Shown here: positions 1 to 8,728 of the stretch, one piece after another
How the letters are laid out: every line of letters starts with the position of its first letter
How positions within the stretch are numbered: the first letter of the stretch is position 1
IMG/VR virus record: IMGVR_UViG_3300013006_000023
Span: 43,652 to 107,651 of that record
Length of the DNA: 64,000 nucleotides
Origin: a virus
Direction: 5' to 3' (one strand)
Position numbers and translations under genes: made by a program
The notes under the pieces: model-generated
What the model was told of the DNA's origin: nothing
Seen by the model: only the letters and a program-made list of their open reading frames with translations
Databases searched by the model: none

Positions 1-418
1 AGCCAAGCGCAATGAAAAAGAAGGTGAAGGAGATTCAATGGATGCAGACGATAAAAAGATTGCTGAAGCTAACAAATACTCAGGAACAACTCTTCGAGCT
101 CTAACTGTAAAAAATCGATTCATTCCTCCATTCCTTGAAGCAGAGATGTATCTTTCCTTCAAGACAGGTTTAAACAAATACAGTGGTCTACTTGCCATGG
201 CAGCTGCACGTGGCATTGTTGAGCAAGCTGGCGCCACATATTCTGTGGGCATCACATCAGGCAAGTACAAGAAGGGTGATAAGCTTGGTTATGCCAAGAC
301 TTTTGCCAAAGATCCTTTATTTTACGAAGAATTTATTATACCTGAATTAGACAAACGTCTTGTATTAGATTACCAGTATAACTCTAATGAAGCGCAAGCA
401 GAAGAGCCCATCCAGTAA
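1..418 (+). CDS. uvsX: UvsX/RecA-like recombinase, C-terminal part (5' truncated by window)
   Basis: Frame open from base 2; LRALTVKNRFIPPF..AEMYLSFKTGLNKYSGLL resembles the RecA/UvsX C-terminal KNR/K..PPF motif; T4-like replication context. Confidence 0.8.
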   Translation, partial: AKRNEKEGEGDSMDADDKKIAEANKYSGTTLRALTVKNRFIPPFLEAEMYLSFKTGLNKYSGLLAMAAARGIVEQAGATYSVGITSGKYKKGDKLGYAKTFAKDPLFYEEFIIPELDKRLVLDYQYNSNEAQAEEPIQ

Positions 419-1133
419 AGTCGTAGTGCCCGTCAGTGGTGGCATGGATAGCAGTGTTCTGTTGCATTTTGCTGCTAGCAAGTATGACAAAGTAATTGCA
501 GTTAATTATGACTACGGTCAAAAACACCGTGATAAGGAACTCAATTGTGCATCATTTCAAATTGAATCGGTTGACACACCGATTGATAGTCTACATTTAA
601 AATTACCGTTTTTTAAAGATATATGTCAAGTTTCTTCACTCCTTAATAATAAAGTTGCTGTTGCCAAGGCTAAAGATGTAATGGGTGATCCACAGACTGT
701 AAACTATGTTCCATACAGAAACTTAATGTTACTTAGCATTTCATTGGCCATTGCAGAAAATTATCAGGCCAGCACTGTTTTTCATGGTGCGGCTCAAGCC
801 GATAGTGTAGCGGGGTTTTGGGATGGCAGTGAAGAATTTTTGGAGCAAATTAATAATGTATCGGCTTTGAATCGTAGAAATAAAATTACAGTTGCAGCAC
901 CATTGATTGACAAATCAAAGCAAGAAATCATAAAGCTCGGTATGAAGCTTGGTGTCGATTTTAGTCAGACTTGGACCTGTTACGAGGGTGAAGAGCAAGC
1001 CTGTGGTGAATGTACTGCATGCTCATTGCGCATCAAGGGCTTCATGGATGCTGGGTACATAGACCCTGTTTCATATAAAATCTCATTACCCTGGAACAAA
1101 TACAACTGCAAACCTATCAGTCGCTGTAACTAA
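387..1133 (+). CDS. queC: 7-cyano-7-deazaguanine synthase QueC
   Basis: SGGMDS PP-loop, DYGQKH, YVPYRN, and TWTCY-x7-CGECTAC Zn motif. Confidence 0.92.
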   Translation: MKRKQKSPSSKVVVPVSGGMDSSVLLHFAASKYDKVIAVNYDYGQKHRDKELNCASFQIESVDTPIDSLHLKLPFFKDICQVSSLLNNKVAVAKAKDVMGDPQTVNYVPYRNLMLLSISLAIAENYQASTVFHGAAQADSVAGFWDGSEEFLEQINNVSALNRRNKITVAAPLIDKSKQEIIKLGMKLGVDFSQTWTCYEGEEQACGECTACSLRIKGFMDAGYIDPVSYKISLPWNKYNCKPISRCN

Positions 1134-2025
1134 AATTACCCCTATCAACTGGCGCCTGTCTTAATCCAAACTCTTGCTTGGCTGCTGTATATACATCATC
1201 GCCCTCTGGATATTCATCTACTGTTGGAGCTTCACCTGTACCCTCCCCTTCGCTTTGTTTGGTTTCACTTGCCGGCATGTAGCTATTCTTATATTTCAAT
1301 GAATCAATGAAGTCTCTTATAAATTCTTTATCTTTGGACTTGGTTACATCATAAGCACGTGTTGTAGCTTCAATAACCTCATTCTCAAGTTCAGGTGATT
1401 CATAAATATCTCCTTTGTCAATCTTGATTTCATCAGGCAGTTCAACAAAAATTGGCATAAATTCTCTAATAAACTTTGTTGCCATATTCTTAACATAAGT
1501 GTTGGATGTTGCAACTGCATCCAAAGGCGAACCTGCTGGATGTTCTGTGCCAGTAATCGGCTTATTAATCATTCCTGCATCAACAGCTTGTTTTACTTTT
1601 ACCATTGTTGTGTTAACACCGCCTTCCACATCAACCCTTACAACATTTAACAAATTATCGATCACCCGCGCTGTATATTTTGCATCTGTGCCACCCAACT
1701 TTAACTCTGTTTTGATTAAATTTTCTAAATCTGCGCGAAACTTCATCTTGCTACCAGGATAGAAAAGCTGATACTCTTTACCATCAATAATGTTTGAACC
1801 GGGCTTAAAGAGCTTTGATTTGATGGCAGTCAACAAGCTATTGGCAATGTCGGTCTTTGTCTTGCCTTCTCTGGCTGCAGCTTTGCCGACACCATAACCA
1901 CCACCTGGTGTTTTCTCAATGTCACCGGTGTATCCCATATCACCCATGCCATAGATCGGAGCTTCAGAAAGCACTTTCTTTCTTTTCAAATATGCTTCAA
2001 ATATAAGACTGCAATCACTATTCAT
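1117..2025 (-). CDS. Hypothetical late protein (possible internal head protein)
   Basis: 302-aa ORF; late motif 7 nt upstream; N-terminal LIFEA motif; acidic C-terminus. Confidence 0.7.
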   Translation of the reverse strand: MNSDCSLIFEAYLKRKKVLSEAPIYGMGDMGYTGDIEKTPGGGYGVGKAAAREGKTKTDIANSLLTAIKSKLFKPGSNIIDGKEYQLFYPGSKMKFRADLENLIKTELKLGGTDAKYTARVIDNLLNVVRVDVEGGVNTTMVKVKQAVDAGMINKPITGTEHPAGSPLDAVATSNTYVKNMATKFIREFMPIFVELPDEIKIDKGDIYESPELENEVIEATTRAYDVTKSKDKEFIRDFIDSLKYKNSYMPASETKQSEGEGTGEAPTVDEYPEGDDVYTAAKQEFGLRQAPVDRGNFSYSD

Positions 2026-2026
2026 C

Positions 2027-2065
2027 TTGAATTATTTAATCTTATACATATAATAATAAGGAGGT
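2027..2065 (+). promoter_or_regulatory. Sigma70-like promoter TTGAAT-N16-TATAAT followed by Shine-Dalgarno AAGGAGGT; overlaps the divergent late motif (2033-2038)
   Basis: TTGAAT 2027-2032, TATAAT 2049-2054, AAGGAGGT 2058-2065. Confidence 0.65.
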
Positions 2066-2074
2066 ATAAAATAT

Positions 2075-2755
2075 ATTTGTGGAATATTTGGAGCCAAAGA
2101 GTTTACAGAATACGTTAAACTCTATAATTTGAACAAGAACAGGGGCACCTTTTCTTATGGTGGGCTATTGATTGATAACAAGATGCATGCCATTATTAAG
2201 AGCGCTGGAAAAATGCAGCTTAGTAAGAAGCTTGATATTGAATATGGAAAGACAAGAAAACCCATAAATACTTTCAAATATTACCTTGGCCACACACAAG
2301 CACCAACATCCTCAGAGAGAAACTACACACCTAGGACGTCACATCCTTTCTCTTTCAAAGATTGGCATGTAGCTCACAACGGTGTGCTCACCAATTACAA
2401 GCAGCTTCGTGAACTACTACCCAAGAAATCCTATAATGCAGTTGATACATCCGTTATACCGCCTCTTCTTGACCAAGCATACAAACAAACAAAAGACGAG
2501 ATTACTGCTATCCGTCATGTGCTAGGCTCACTACAAGGCACATTTGGCCTATGGATTTATAATCATAAGACACACCACATATACATAGCGCGATCTGGTA
2601 GCACCATATATGCAGATTTCCTTACAAATAGTTTTTCTTCAATAAAACAAGATAATTTTCATGAACTTGAAGAGGGATTAATTTATCTCATAACACCAGA
2701 AGGTATAACATCTGTGGGTAAATTCATACCAAATTCACCTTTCTTCACTAAATGA
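2075..2755 (+). CDS. Class II (Ntn) glutamine amidotransferase, probable ATT start
   Basis: In-frame ATT-TGT-GGA-ATA-TTT-GGA gives M-C-G-I-F-G with the catalytic N-terminal Cys; GHTQAPT, SHPF, AHNG and DT motifs; the track start at 2129 lacks the Cys. Confidence 0.85.
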   Translation: MCGIFGAKEFTEYVKLYNLNKNRGTFSYGGLLIDNKMHAIIKSAGKMQLSKKLDIEYGKTRKPINTFKYYLGHTQAPTSSERNYTPRTSHPFSFKDWHVAHNGVLTNYKQLRELLPKKSYNAVDTSVIPPLLDQAYKQTKDEITAIRHVLGSLQGTFGLWIYNHKTHHIYIARSGSTIYADFLTNSFSSIKQDNFHELEEGLIYLITPEGITSVGKFIPNSPFFTK

Positions 2756-3426
2756 AAACTGCTTTTTATTTCTGTACCCGAAATACGCATGCTAAATCAA
2801 CACTGGCATTCAAATCTTTATTGCAAATAAATCAAAAATTAAATTTTGATATATTTTACAAATCAAACAACAAGGATGGCTTGTCAGTTAATTATAATTC
2901 CTTTCTTAAAGAAAAATCTGCTCAATATGATAACATTGTCTTCATGCATGATGATGTGTATGTAGACGATTTCAATATAATAGATAAACTTAAAAAAGCG
3001 CACGACAGTTTTGACATTGTTGGATTAGCAGGTGGGATAAACATGAAAATACAGAATCCTGCACTGTGGCATCTCATGTGCGGCGGCTTTCAAAGCAACA
3101 ACCTACGAGGTGCAGTTGCTCATTTTGTTTCTGAAAACATTATTAATATGACAAGCTTTGGCATAACACCATCACGAGTTGCTGTATTGGACGGCTTGTT
3201 CTTAAGCGTCAATTGCAAGGCAATAAATACCGCAGAATTTACTTTTAATGAAAATTACACCTTTCATCATTATGACATTTCAAGCTGTATAGATGCCAAT
3301 CAAAAGAAATTAAAATTGGGTGTGTATCCCATATGGGTTATTCACAAATCACCGGGGCTTTTAGACCCTAATAGTGCTCTGTATCTAGACAGCGAGCGCA
3401 AATTTCTCCAAGAATACCTTGATTGA
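2752..3426 (+). CDS. GT-A (GT2-like) glycosyltransferase
   Basis: FMHDDV DxD-type motif, GLAG, VLDGLFL, FHHYDI. Confidence 0.75.
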   Translation: MKTAFYFCTRNTHAKSTLAFKSLLQINQKLNFDIFYKSNNKDGLSVNYNSFLKEKSAQYDNIVFMHDDVYVDDFNIIDKLKKAHDSFDIVGLAGGINMKIQNPALWHLMCGGFQSNNLRGAVAHFVSENIINMTSFGITPSRVAVLDGLFLSVNCKAINTAEFTFNENYTFHHYDISSCIDANQKKLKLGVYPIWVIHKSPGLLDPNSALYLDSERKFLQEYLD

Positions 3427-3450
3427 AAATTCGTTTATTGATATTATAAT
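3423..3450 (+). promoter_or_regulatory. Sigma70-like promoter, leaderless
   Basis: TTGAAA-N16-TATAAT, 6 nt before ATG 3457. Confidence 0.65.
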
Positions 3451-3456
3451 ACAGTT

Positions 3457-4779
3457 ATGGCTCAGTTAGATTTAGACTTTTTTGAGACTATCATAGCATA
3501 CAAATGTCTTACAGATGAAATATATCTGGCTTCTGTTATTGACCATCTAAATCCTATCTTCTTTAAGAACAAAGACACCAAAGCTATTTTTGAGCTAATA
3601 AAAGGGTTTTATACCAAAAATAGTGCTTGCCCCACTATAACTGAAATAAAGGCCTACCTGACAACTGACGAGTTAAAGACGTCTTTAAAAAATGTGGTAT
3701 CACTATTCACCGGCATAGACAAAAATTTTAATAACGATGAGCTAACTACAAATACAGAGAAATTTTTGAAAGAAAAAGCCGTCTACCATACAATGATGAG
3801 TGTAGTGGATGACATATCTAAAAACGATGTTGATACATCAAAAATATTAGAAAAATTCGATAAAGCTTGTAATATTACACTCACTACTCAAATAGGTTTA
3901 GATTTATTCACCGACATTGATATGGTAATAAATGACCTCAACTCCACAGAGAAATACATTCCCTCCAAATGGAAATGGCTTGATGATAAGATCGGTGGCG
4001 GGTTTCTAGAGAATGGCAGGTCGCTCTATCTTTTTGCTGGCGAGACCAACATCGGCAAGTCTATATTCTTAGGCAATGTAGCAGTCAACATTGCACAACA
4101 GGGCAAAACAGTTCTTCTTGTGTCTCTTGAAATGCCTGAACTCATATATGCAAAAAGATTATGCAGCAGTGTTTCAAAAATACCGCTAGGTCAGCTCAAG
4201 GCTGAATGTGTAACACTCAAGAATCAAATTAGTGAATATTGTCTCGAAAACCCGCAATCAAAAATTCTTATCAAAGAGTTTCCGCCAGCAACCATAACTG
4301 CACATCAACTCAAATCGTTTATTCAAAAAATAATTCAAAAAGGTATTAACATTGATGCCATAGTACTAGATTATGTCAATCTTCTTAAACCAGCTTTTGG
4401 TGATTCAAGCTATGAGCGTATTAAGAACTGTACAGAACATCTTCGTGCTCTGTCATATCATTTTAATTGTCCAGTCATCTCTGCAACACAACTCAATAGA
4501 GAAGGGTATGAAATTACTGATCCTGGTCTCAAGACAATATCTGAAAGTATAGGCTTAGCCATGACAGGTGATGTTATTCTGAGTATTTGGCAAGAAGATA
4601 CAGATAAAGAATTAGGCGTTATCAAAATGGGCTTCATGAAAAACCGGTTCGGTCCAAACTTCGGACATTGTTCTATGAGAATTGATTACTCGACCTTAAC
4701 AATTACAGAAGATGAGCATGCTAATGATACTGAGGGCAGTTCTAGTACAATTTCTACTCTTTCCAAGCTATCGTTATAA
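3457..4779 (+). CDS. gp41: Replicative DnaB-like helicase
   Basis: Walker A GETNIGKS, SLEM, VLDYVNL, SATQLNR, KNRFG. Confidence 0.93.
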   Translation: MAQLDLDFFETIIAYKCLTDEIYLASVIDHLNPIFFKNKDTKAIFELIKGFYTKNSACPTITEIKAYLTTDELKTSLKNVVSLFTGIDKNFNNDELTTNTEKFLKEKAVYHTMMSVVDDISKNDVDTSKILEKFDKACNITLTTQIGLDLFTDIDMVINDLNSTEKYIPSKWKWLDDKIGGGFLENGRSLYLFAGETNIGKSIFLGNVAVNIAQQGKTVLLVSLEMPELIYAKRLCSSVSKIPLGQLKAECVTLKNQISEYCLENPQSKILIKEFPPATITAHQLKSFIQKIIQKGINIDAIVLDYVNLLKPAFGDSSYERIKNCTEHLRALSYHFNCPVISATQLNREGYEITDPGLKTISESIGLAMTGDVILSIWQEDTDKELGVIKMGFMKNRFGPNFGHCSMRIDYSTLTITEDEHANDTEGSSSTISTLSKLSL

Positions 4780-4820
4780 ACTGTTGATTTGCATTAAATA
4801 GTATATAATTAACAGTAACT

Positions 4821-5108
4821 GTGAATGGACTTAACCCCACTGAAAATTTGAGCTCGTATGAGTACACACATCTCTTTCTTTCCTTTTGTAGTTTTGTTAC
4901 ATTATTACATACTAAGAAATTAAACATGGCTAACGTCTTTATTATGCTATTGCAACGCGAGGATTTGAGAGATCTATTTAAAAAGTATTGCGACCTACAG
5001 AACAATTTTTCTGCAGTCACTTTTTTTCTTCAATTTGAGCCTGGACTTTATAAAAGTAAGTATATAATGAAGTATCTAAACAGTCATACCAACAATCTAC
5101 CATTATGA
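4821..5108 (+). CDS. Hypothetical protein
   Basis: 95-aa ORF in operon; stop overlaps the next start. Confidence 0.6.
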   Translation: MNGLNPTENLSSYEYTHLFLSFCSFVTLLHTKKLNMANVFIMLLQREDLRDLFKKYCDLQNNFSAVTFFLQFEPGLYKSKYIMKYLNSHTNNLPL

Positions 5109-5314
5109 ACCAACCAAATATAAATGCAGCAGTTATCTTAGATCCAAAAAAATGCACAGAGAAAATGTATTTTGATAAAATGTACACCAAGTTCAGCAGG
5201 CAAGTAATTACAAGCGGTGTTCTGGATGACCTTAGGTTAAGAAGACGGTTCTTAACACCATCCCAAAGAAAAAAACTCAAAGTTCAGCTTGCCAACAAGA
5301 GAAGATTTGCTTGA
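5105..5314 (+). CDS. rpsU: Phage-encoded ribosomal protein bS21-like
   Basis: 69 aa, basic; KFSRQV..SGVLDDLRLRRRFLTPSQRKKLK..LANKRR matches the bS21 F.R.V...G+L.+.+.R..+.KPS..++.K...A.KR pattern. Confidence 0.75.
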   Translation: MNQPNINAAVILDPKKCTEKMYFDKMYTKFSRQVITSGVLDDLRLRRRFLTPSQRKKLKVQLANKRRFA

Positions 5315-5952
5315 TTACAAATTTCGATAAACACATATACAATTCTTTTCTAAAAGCCTCACGCGCTTCAAAAAATCTGCCTTTCAACTATAGAAAGGAC
5401 TTTAACAAGCTTGATGACGTAAAATATGTATCTCTTAAAAGATTAAGCTCTTTTTTTAAAAGGTTTCCAAACATCTCAATGGACGATTTCTTTAGTGCGC
5501 CCTACACTCTCTATAAAGATGAGAATTTTTTCCCCATTGAATACTTTACAACATTAAAAGCTACAAAAGCCTATACGCTTTTTCAAAAAAATAAAATTAA
5601 TCAGGATCCCGATTCTGATGAACAGTTGAATAGCATCAAAAACTCTTTAATCTTTATTAAGAATTTTTGCAAAGAGAGTAACATAGACATAAAAAACTAC
5701 ATATGCAACAAAACCAACAATCAGCACTCATTTCTACTTCACCTGAGAGACCACAAGATAAACTTCTATACATTATTTGGCTTTTCAAATTTTGACACTG
5801 TGCTTAAGAGCATTAATCCTGATATTGTCAAATTTACTATTAACGAAGATCTTTACAATAAAGTCTCCTTCTTTAGAACCAAGCTGTATAATTCAAAAAA
5901 AGCCCTGAACCTTGTCACCCTGGGATTAGATAAAATTACGAAAAAGAGTTGA
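5311..5952 (+). CDS. Hypothetical protein, possibly gp59-like helicase loader
   Basis: 213 aa, basic and aromatic; immediately upstream of gp32 as gene 59 is in T4 (size and position only). Confidence 0.45.
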   Translation: MITNFDKHIYNSFLKASRASKNLPFNYRKDFNKLDDVKYVSLKRLSSFFKRFPNISMDDFFSAPYTLYKDENFFPIEYFTTLKATKAYTLFQKNKINQDPDSDEQLNSIKNSLIFIKNFCKESNIDIKNYICNKTNNQHSFLLHLRDHKINFYTLFGFSNFDTVLKSINPDIVKFTINEDLYNKVSFFRTKLYNSKKALNLVTLGLDKITKKS

Positions 5953-5976
5953 TTTATACATTATATCTGTTATTAT
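5949..5976 (+). promoter_or_regulatory. Sigma70-like promoter, leaderless
   Basis: TTGATT-N16-TATTAT, 6 nt before ATG 5983. Confidence 0.55.
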
Positions 5977-5982
5977 TAGTTT

Positions 5983-6846
5983 ATGAGTACATTTACAACA
6001 TCCATGTTTGAGAGCATCAAAGGTGCTCTTTCCAAAAATAACGAAAAATCATCAGGTGCAAAGGATTTTATCCGCACAGAAGTAGGCAATACATACACTG
6101 TAAGATTGCTTCCCAATTTAAAGGACCCTACCAAAACATTTTTACATTATTATTCCTATGGCTGGAATAGCTTCGCTACCGGTCAACTCATTACTGCAGT
6201 AAGTCCATCCACATGGAACCAGAGGGATCCCATTGCAGAAGAGCGATATAAAGTTCTAAGAACAGGTACTGAGAAGGAAAAAGAGAGAGCCAAGGCCATC
6301 AACCGCACTGAACGCTGGCTTGTAAATTGTTATGTTGTTAATGATCCAGTTAATGCTGAGAATAACAACAAGGTAAAGATTCTTCGCTTTGGCCGTCAAC
6401 TGCATAAAGTAATTATGGAAGCTATTGAGGGTGAAGAAGCATCAGAGCTTGGTCCAAGAATTTTTGATCTGTCTCCAAAAGGCTGCAATCTTCGCATTAA
6501 AGTGGAAAAGCAGGGTGACTATCCAACCTATGTTTCATCTAAGTTTACAACACCCAAAGAGCTTGAAAATGTTGATGAGGATAGTTATGATAAGGTTTAC
6601 AAGAGCTCTTTTGACCTAGAATCGTACGTAACTGCAAAGAGTTATGATGAGCTCAAGAGTCTCATGGATACACATTATTATGCAACAAAGGATGTCGACG
6701 ATGAGGGCACAAGCACACCAGTCGTTCATACTGAGGTTAAGGCTTCTGCTCCAGTTCCCAGTGTTGCACCAACTAAGAGCGTGAAGATCTCCTCTAATAA
6801 GACTTCTGAAGATGACTCTATCAATGAGTTGCTCAAAGACCTATAA
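5983..6846 (+). CDS. gp32: Single-stranded DNA-binding protein
   Basis: VRLLP, DPIAE, NCYVVNDP..ENN.KVKILRFG, IFDL..KGCNLRIK, YPTY.SSKF, acidic tail. Confidence 0.9.
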   Translation: MSTFTTSMFESIKGALSKNNEKSSGAKDFIRTEVGNTYTVRLLPNLKDPTKTFLHYYSYGWNSFATGQLITAVSPSTWNQRDPIAEERYKVLRTGTEKEKERAKAINRTERWLVNCYVVNDPVNAENNNKVKILRFGRQLHKVIMEAIEGEEASELGPRIFDLSPKGCNLRIKVEKQGDYPTYVSSKFTTPKELENVDEDSYDKVYKSSFDLESYVTAKSYDELKSLMDTHYYATKDVDDEGTSTPVVHTEVKASAPVPSVAPTKSVKISSNKTSEDDSINELLKDL

Positions 6847-6849
6847 TCA

Positions 6850-7260
6850 ATGGATACATTCCGAGAGCTAACACCTGAAGAAATAAAGTTAACAACTATT
6901 CAGTTCATGGGACAGCATCTCATGGGTGAAATGAAAGAGTTGGATAGAAACATTATTTCCAAGAGTAATAGTCTCCAGGGATTGACATTAAGACCAGAAC
7001 AGATTATAGAAAGTGTGGGTGTATCGCCGCAAATAGCTTCTCCTGTCAATACTGTTAACCCTGGCATTAACTTGCAGCCAGCTCTTGCTCAGCAGATGCA
7101 ATTGTCTATCAATAATACTGCAGCAAGCAATGGCACACCCAATGATCCAAACCAACTTGAGTTTGACTTTAATAACTGTAACTATGCAAAACTAATTTTT
7201 GATAAACTTGATTACCTTGATATCAAAATGGATCGACTAATTGAGCTACTTAAAAAGTAA
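6850..7260 (+). CDS. Hypothetical protein
   Basis: 136-aa ORF in operon. Confidence 0.65.
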   Translation: MDTFRELTPEEIKLTTIQFMGQHLMGEMKELDRNIISKSNSLQGLTLRPEQIIESVGVSPQIASPVNTVNPGINLQPALAQQMQLSINNTAASNGTPNDPNQLEFDFNNCNYAKLIFDKLDYLDIKMDRLIELLKK

Positions 7261-7289
7261 TTGATTTAGCTTCACTCTTACATTATAAT
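7261..7289 (+). promoter_or_regulatory. Sigma70-like promoter, leaderless
   Basis: TTGATT-N17-TATAAT, 5 nt before ATG 7295. Confidence 0.7.
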
Positions 7290-7294
7290 ATGTT

Positions 7295-8026
7295 ATGAAG
7301 CTTTTGATAAGTGATAAAGATAAATTTGTTAATAATTTCTTATCCCCTCTTAGCCGAGTAGTTGATAGTGCAGTTATTAATATCGACAAAGGAAAAATTT
7401 CAACGCTCATTGCAACTAGTGATAATACCGTTATTGTTAGCAGTGTCTTTAATGATGAAAATATAGACATTAAGAAAACCTTAAATGTACCGGATCTAAA
7501 AAAACTTAATCGTGTCATCTCATGCATTGAGCCGTCTGCTTTTGAATTAGATGTTTCATCTAATTTTATAGGTTATACGTCTAATACAATCAGGTTTAAA
7601 TACCATTTATATGATGATAATATCATCTCTTCACCAAAAGTGAACATTGATAAAATAAATGCATTGGAGTTTGACGGTAAATTTACACTGCTACAAAATA
7701 CAATTCTTAGTCTCATTAAAGGTAGTACGATTACCACTGAGTCAAATAAAATATATATTAGCGTTAAAAACAGTTCAGTTCTTGGTGAGCTCACAGATAA
7801 GACTCGCCCCAATATCGATTCCTATGGTATTGAGATCTCCAATAATTATGAAGGTACACAGTTTGCAGTACCTATACCGTTGAATTTTGAGATATTTAGA
7901 ATAATATCTTCTATGAAGTTCAAAGACATACAATTCAACCTTATAACAAAGATGGGGGTGGGTGTACTGGATTTAAATCAAGACAATACTTCGTTTAAAT
8001 TCATTATATCTGCTCTAACAAACTAA
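7295..8026 (+). CDS. gp45: DNA sliding clamp
   Basis: 243 aa; LNVPDLKKL..VIS and RFKYHLYD..II resemble the gp45 pattern; replication context. Confidence 0.7.
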   Translation: MKLLISDKDKFVNNFLSPLSRVVDSAVINIDKGKISTLIATSDNTVIVSSVFNDENIDIKKTLNVPDLKKLNRVISCIEPSAFELDVSSNFIGYTSNTIRFKYHLYDDNIISSPKVNIDKINALEFDGKFTLLQNTILSLIKGSTITTESNKIYISVKNSSVLGELTDKTRPNIDSYGIEISNNYEGTQFAVPIPLNFEIFRIISSMKFKDIQFNLITKMGVGVLDLNQDNTSFKFIISALTN

Positions 8027-8400
8027 TGAGCAAAAATAAATTAAGAACACCTAGTTATTTCATAAAACGTCTAAAAGACAATGGTTTTGTTGTTTTGAAA
8101 GTCTTCAATGTGTATGCTAAATCTGATCCTCGCCAGTGGACAATCATAGTTAATCCAACTGAAGCTTCAGTCTTTATAACTTGTTATTTTAACAAAAGTA
8201 ATATAAATGAAGTGCTATTTGAGATGAATGATGGCGGCAGACGCATTCAAAAGAATTTCTATATAGCAACTGATAGCATAGAAGTAATCATCAACTTTTT
8301 ATTAAAAAGCGGCGTATCCAATGGTGTCGATTACCCAGGACGCAATAGATATCTTCGTCAAAGAATAAATAAATATGATGAGCAAAAGCAATCCTCCTGA
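8026..8400 (+). CDS. Hypothetical protein
   Basis: Coupled 124-aa ORF. Confidence 0.65.
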   Translation: MSKNKLRTPSYFIKRLKDNGFVVLKVFNVYAKSDPRQWTIIVNPTEASVFITCYFNKSNINEVLFEMNDGGRRIQKNFYIATDSIEVIINFLLKSGVSNGVDYPGRNRYLRQRINKYDEQKQSS

Positions 8401-8707
8401 TAGCAATCTAAACAATTTTAACCCCAATGAGAACAAGGAGGTTAAAGAGCTCACTCATAAAGCATTAATTAACTTTTTAAAAGAAGAGATAACTAATAAG
8501 CATGCATTAAAGAAGGATCTAGATGCTCTCAATTCTACAATATCAGAATATTTAAATTGTTTTATTCTATTGGGATACAATTGTGATGGTGATCCTGTGC
8601 AAACTATTTTTGCACACAATCAGCAGGAAGCTGATTCTCTTGGCACACTGGTTAATAAGTTTATGTTCAGTACACGCGAAAAAGATGATGATCGTGGAGA
8701 TTTGTAA
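8378..8707 (+). CDS. Hypothetical protein
   Basis: TAAATA 8366-8371 lies 6 nt before ATG 8378 (alternative start 8375). Confidence 0.6.
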   Translation: MSKSNPPDSNLNNFNPNENKEVKELTHKALINFLKEEITNKHALKKDLDALNSTISEYLNCFILLGYNCDGDPVQTIFAHNQQEADSLGTLVNKFMFSTREKDDDRGDL

Positions 8708-8728
8708 AAACTAATATAAACTATATTA

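Noticed and set aside
387-2025. QatABCD or type IV CBASS-like defence system around QueC
   Set aside because: No ATPase, TatD, CD-NTase or TGT-like partner; the neighbouring gene lacks an N-terminal Gly acceptor
2129-2131. Track start (TTG) for the amidotransferase
   Set aside because: Omits the catalytic N-terminal CGIFG
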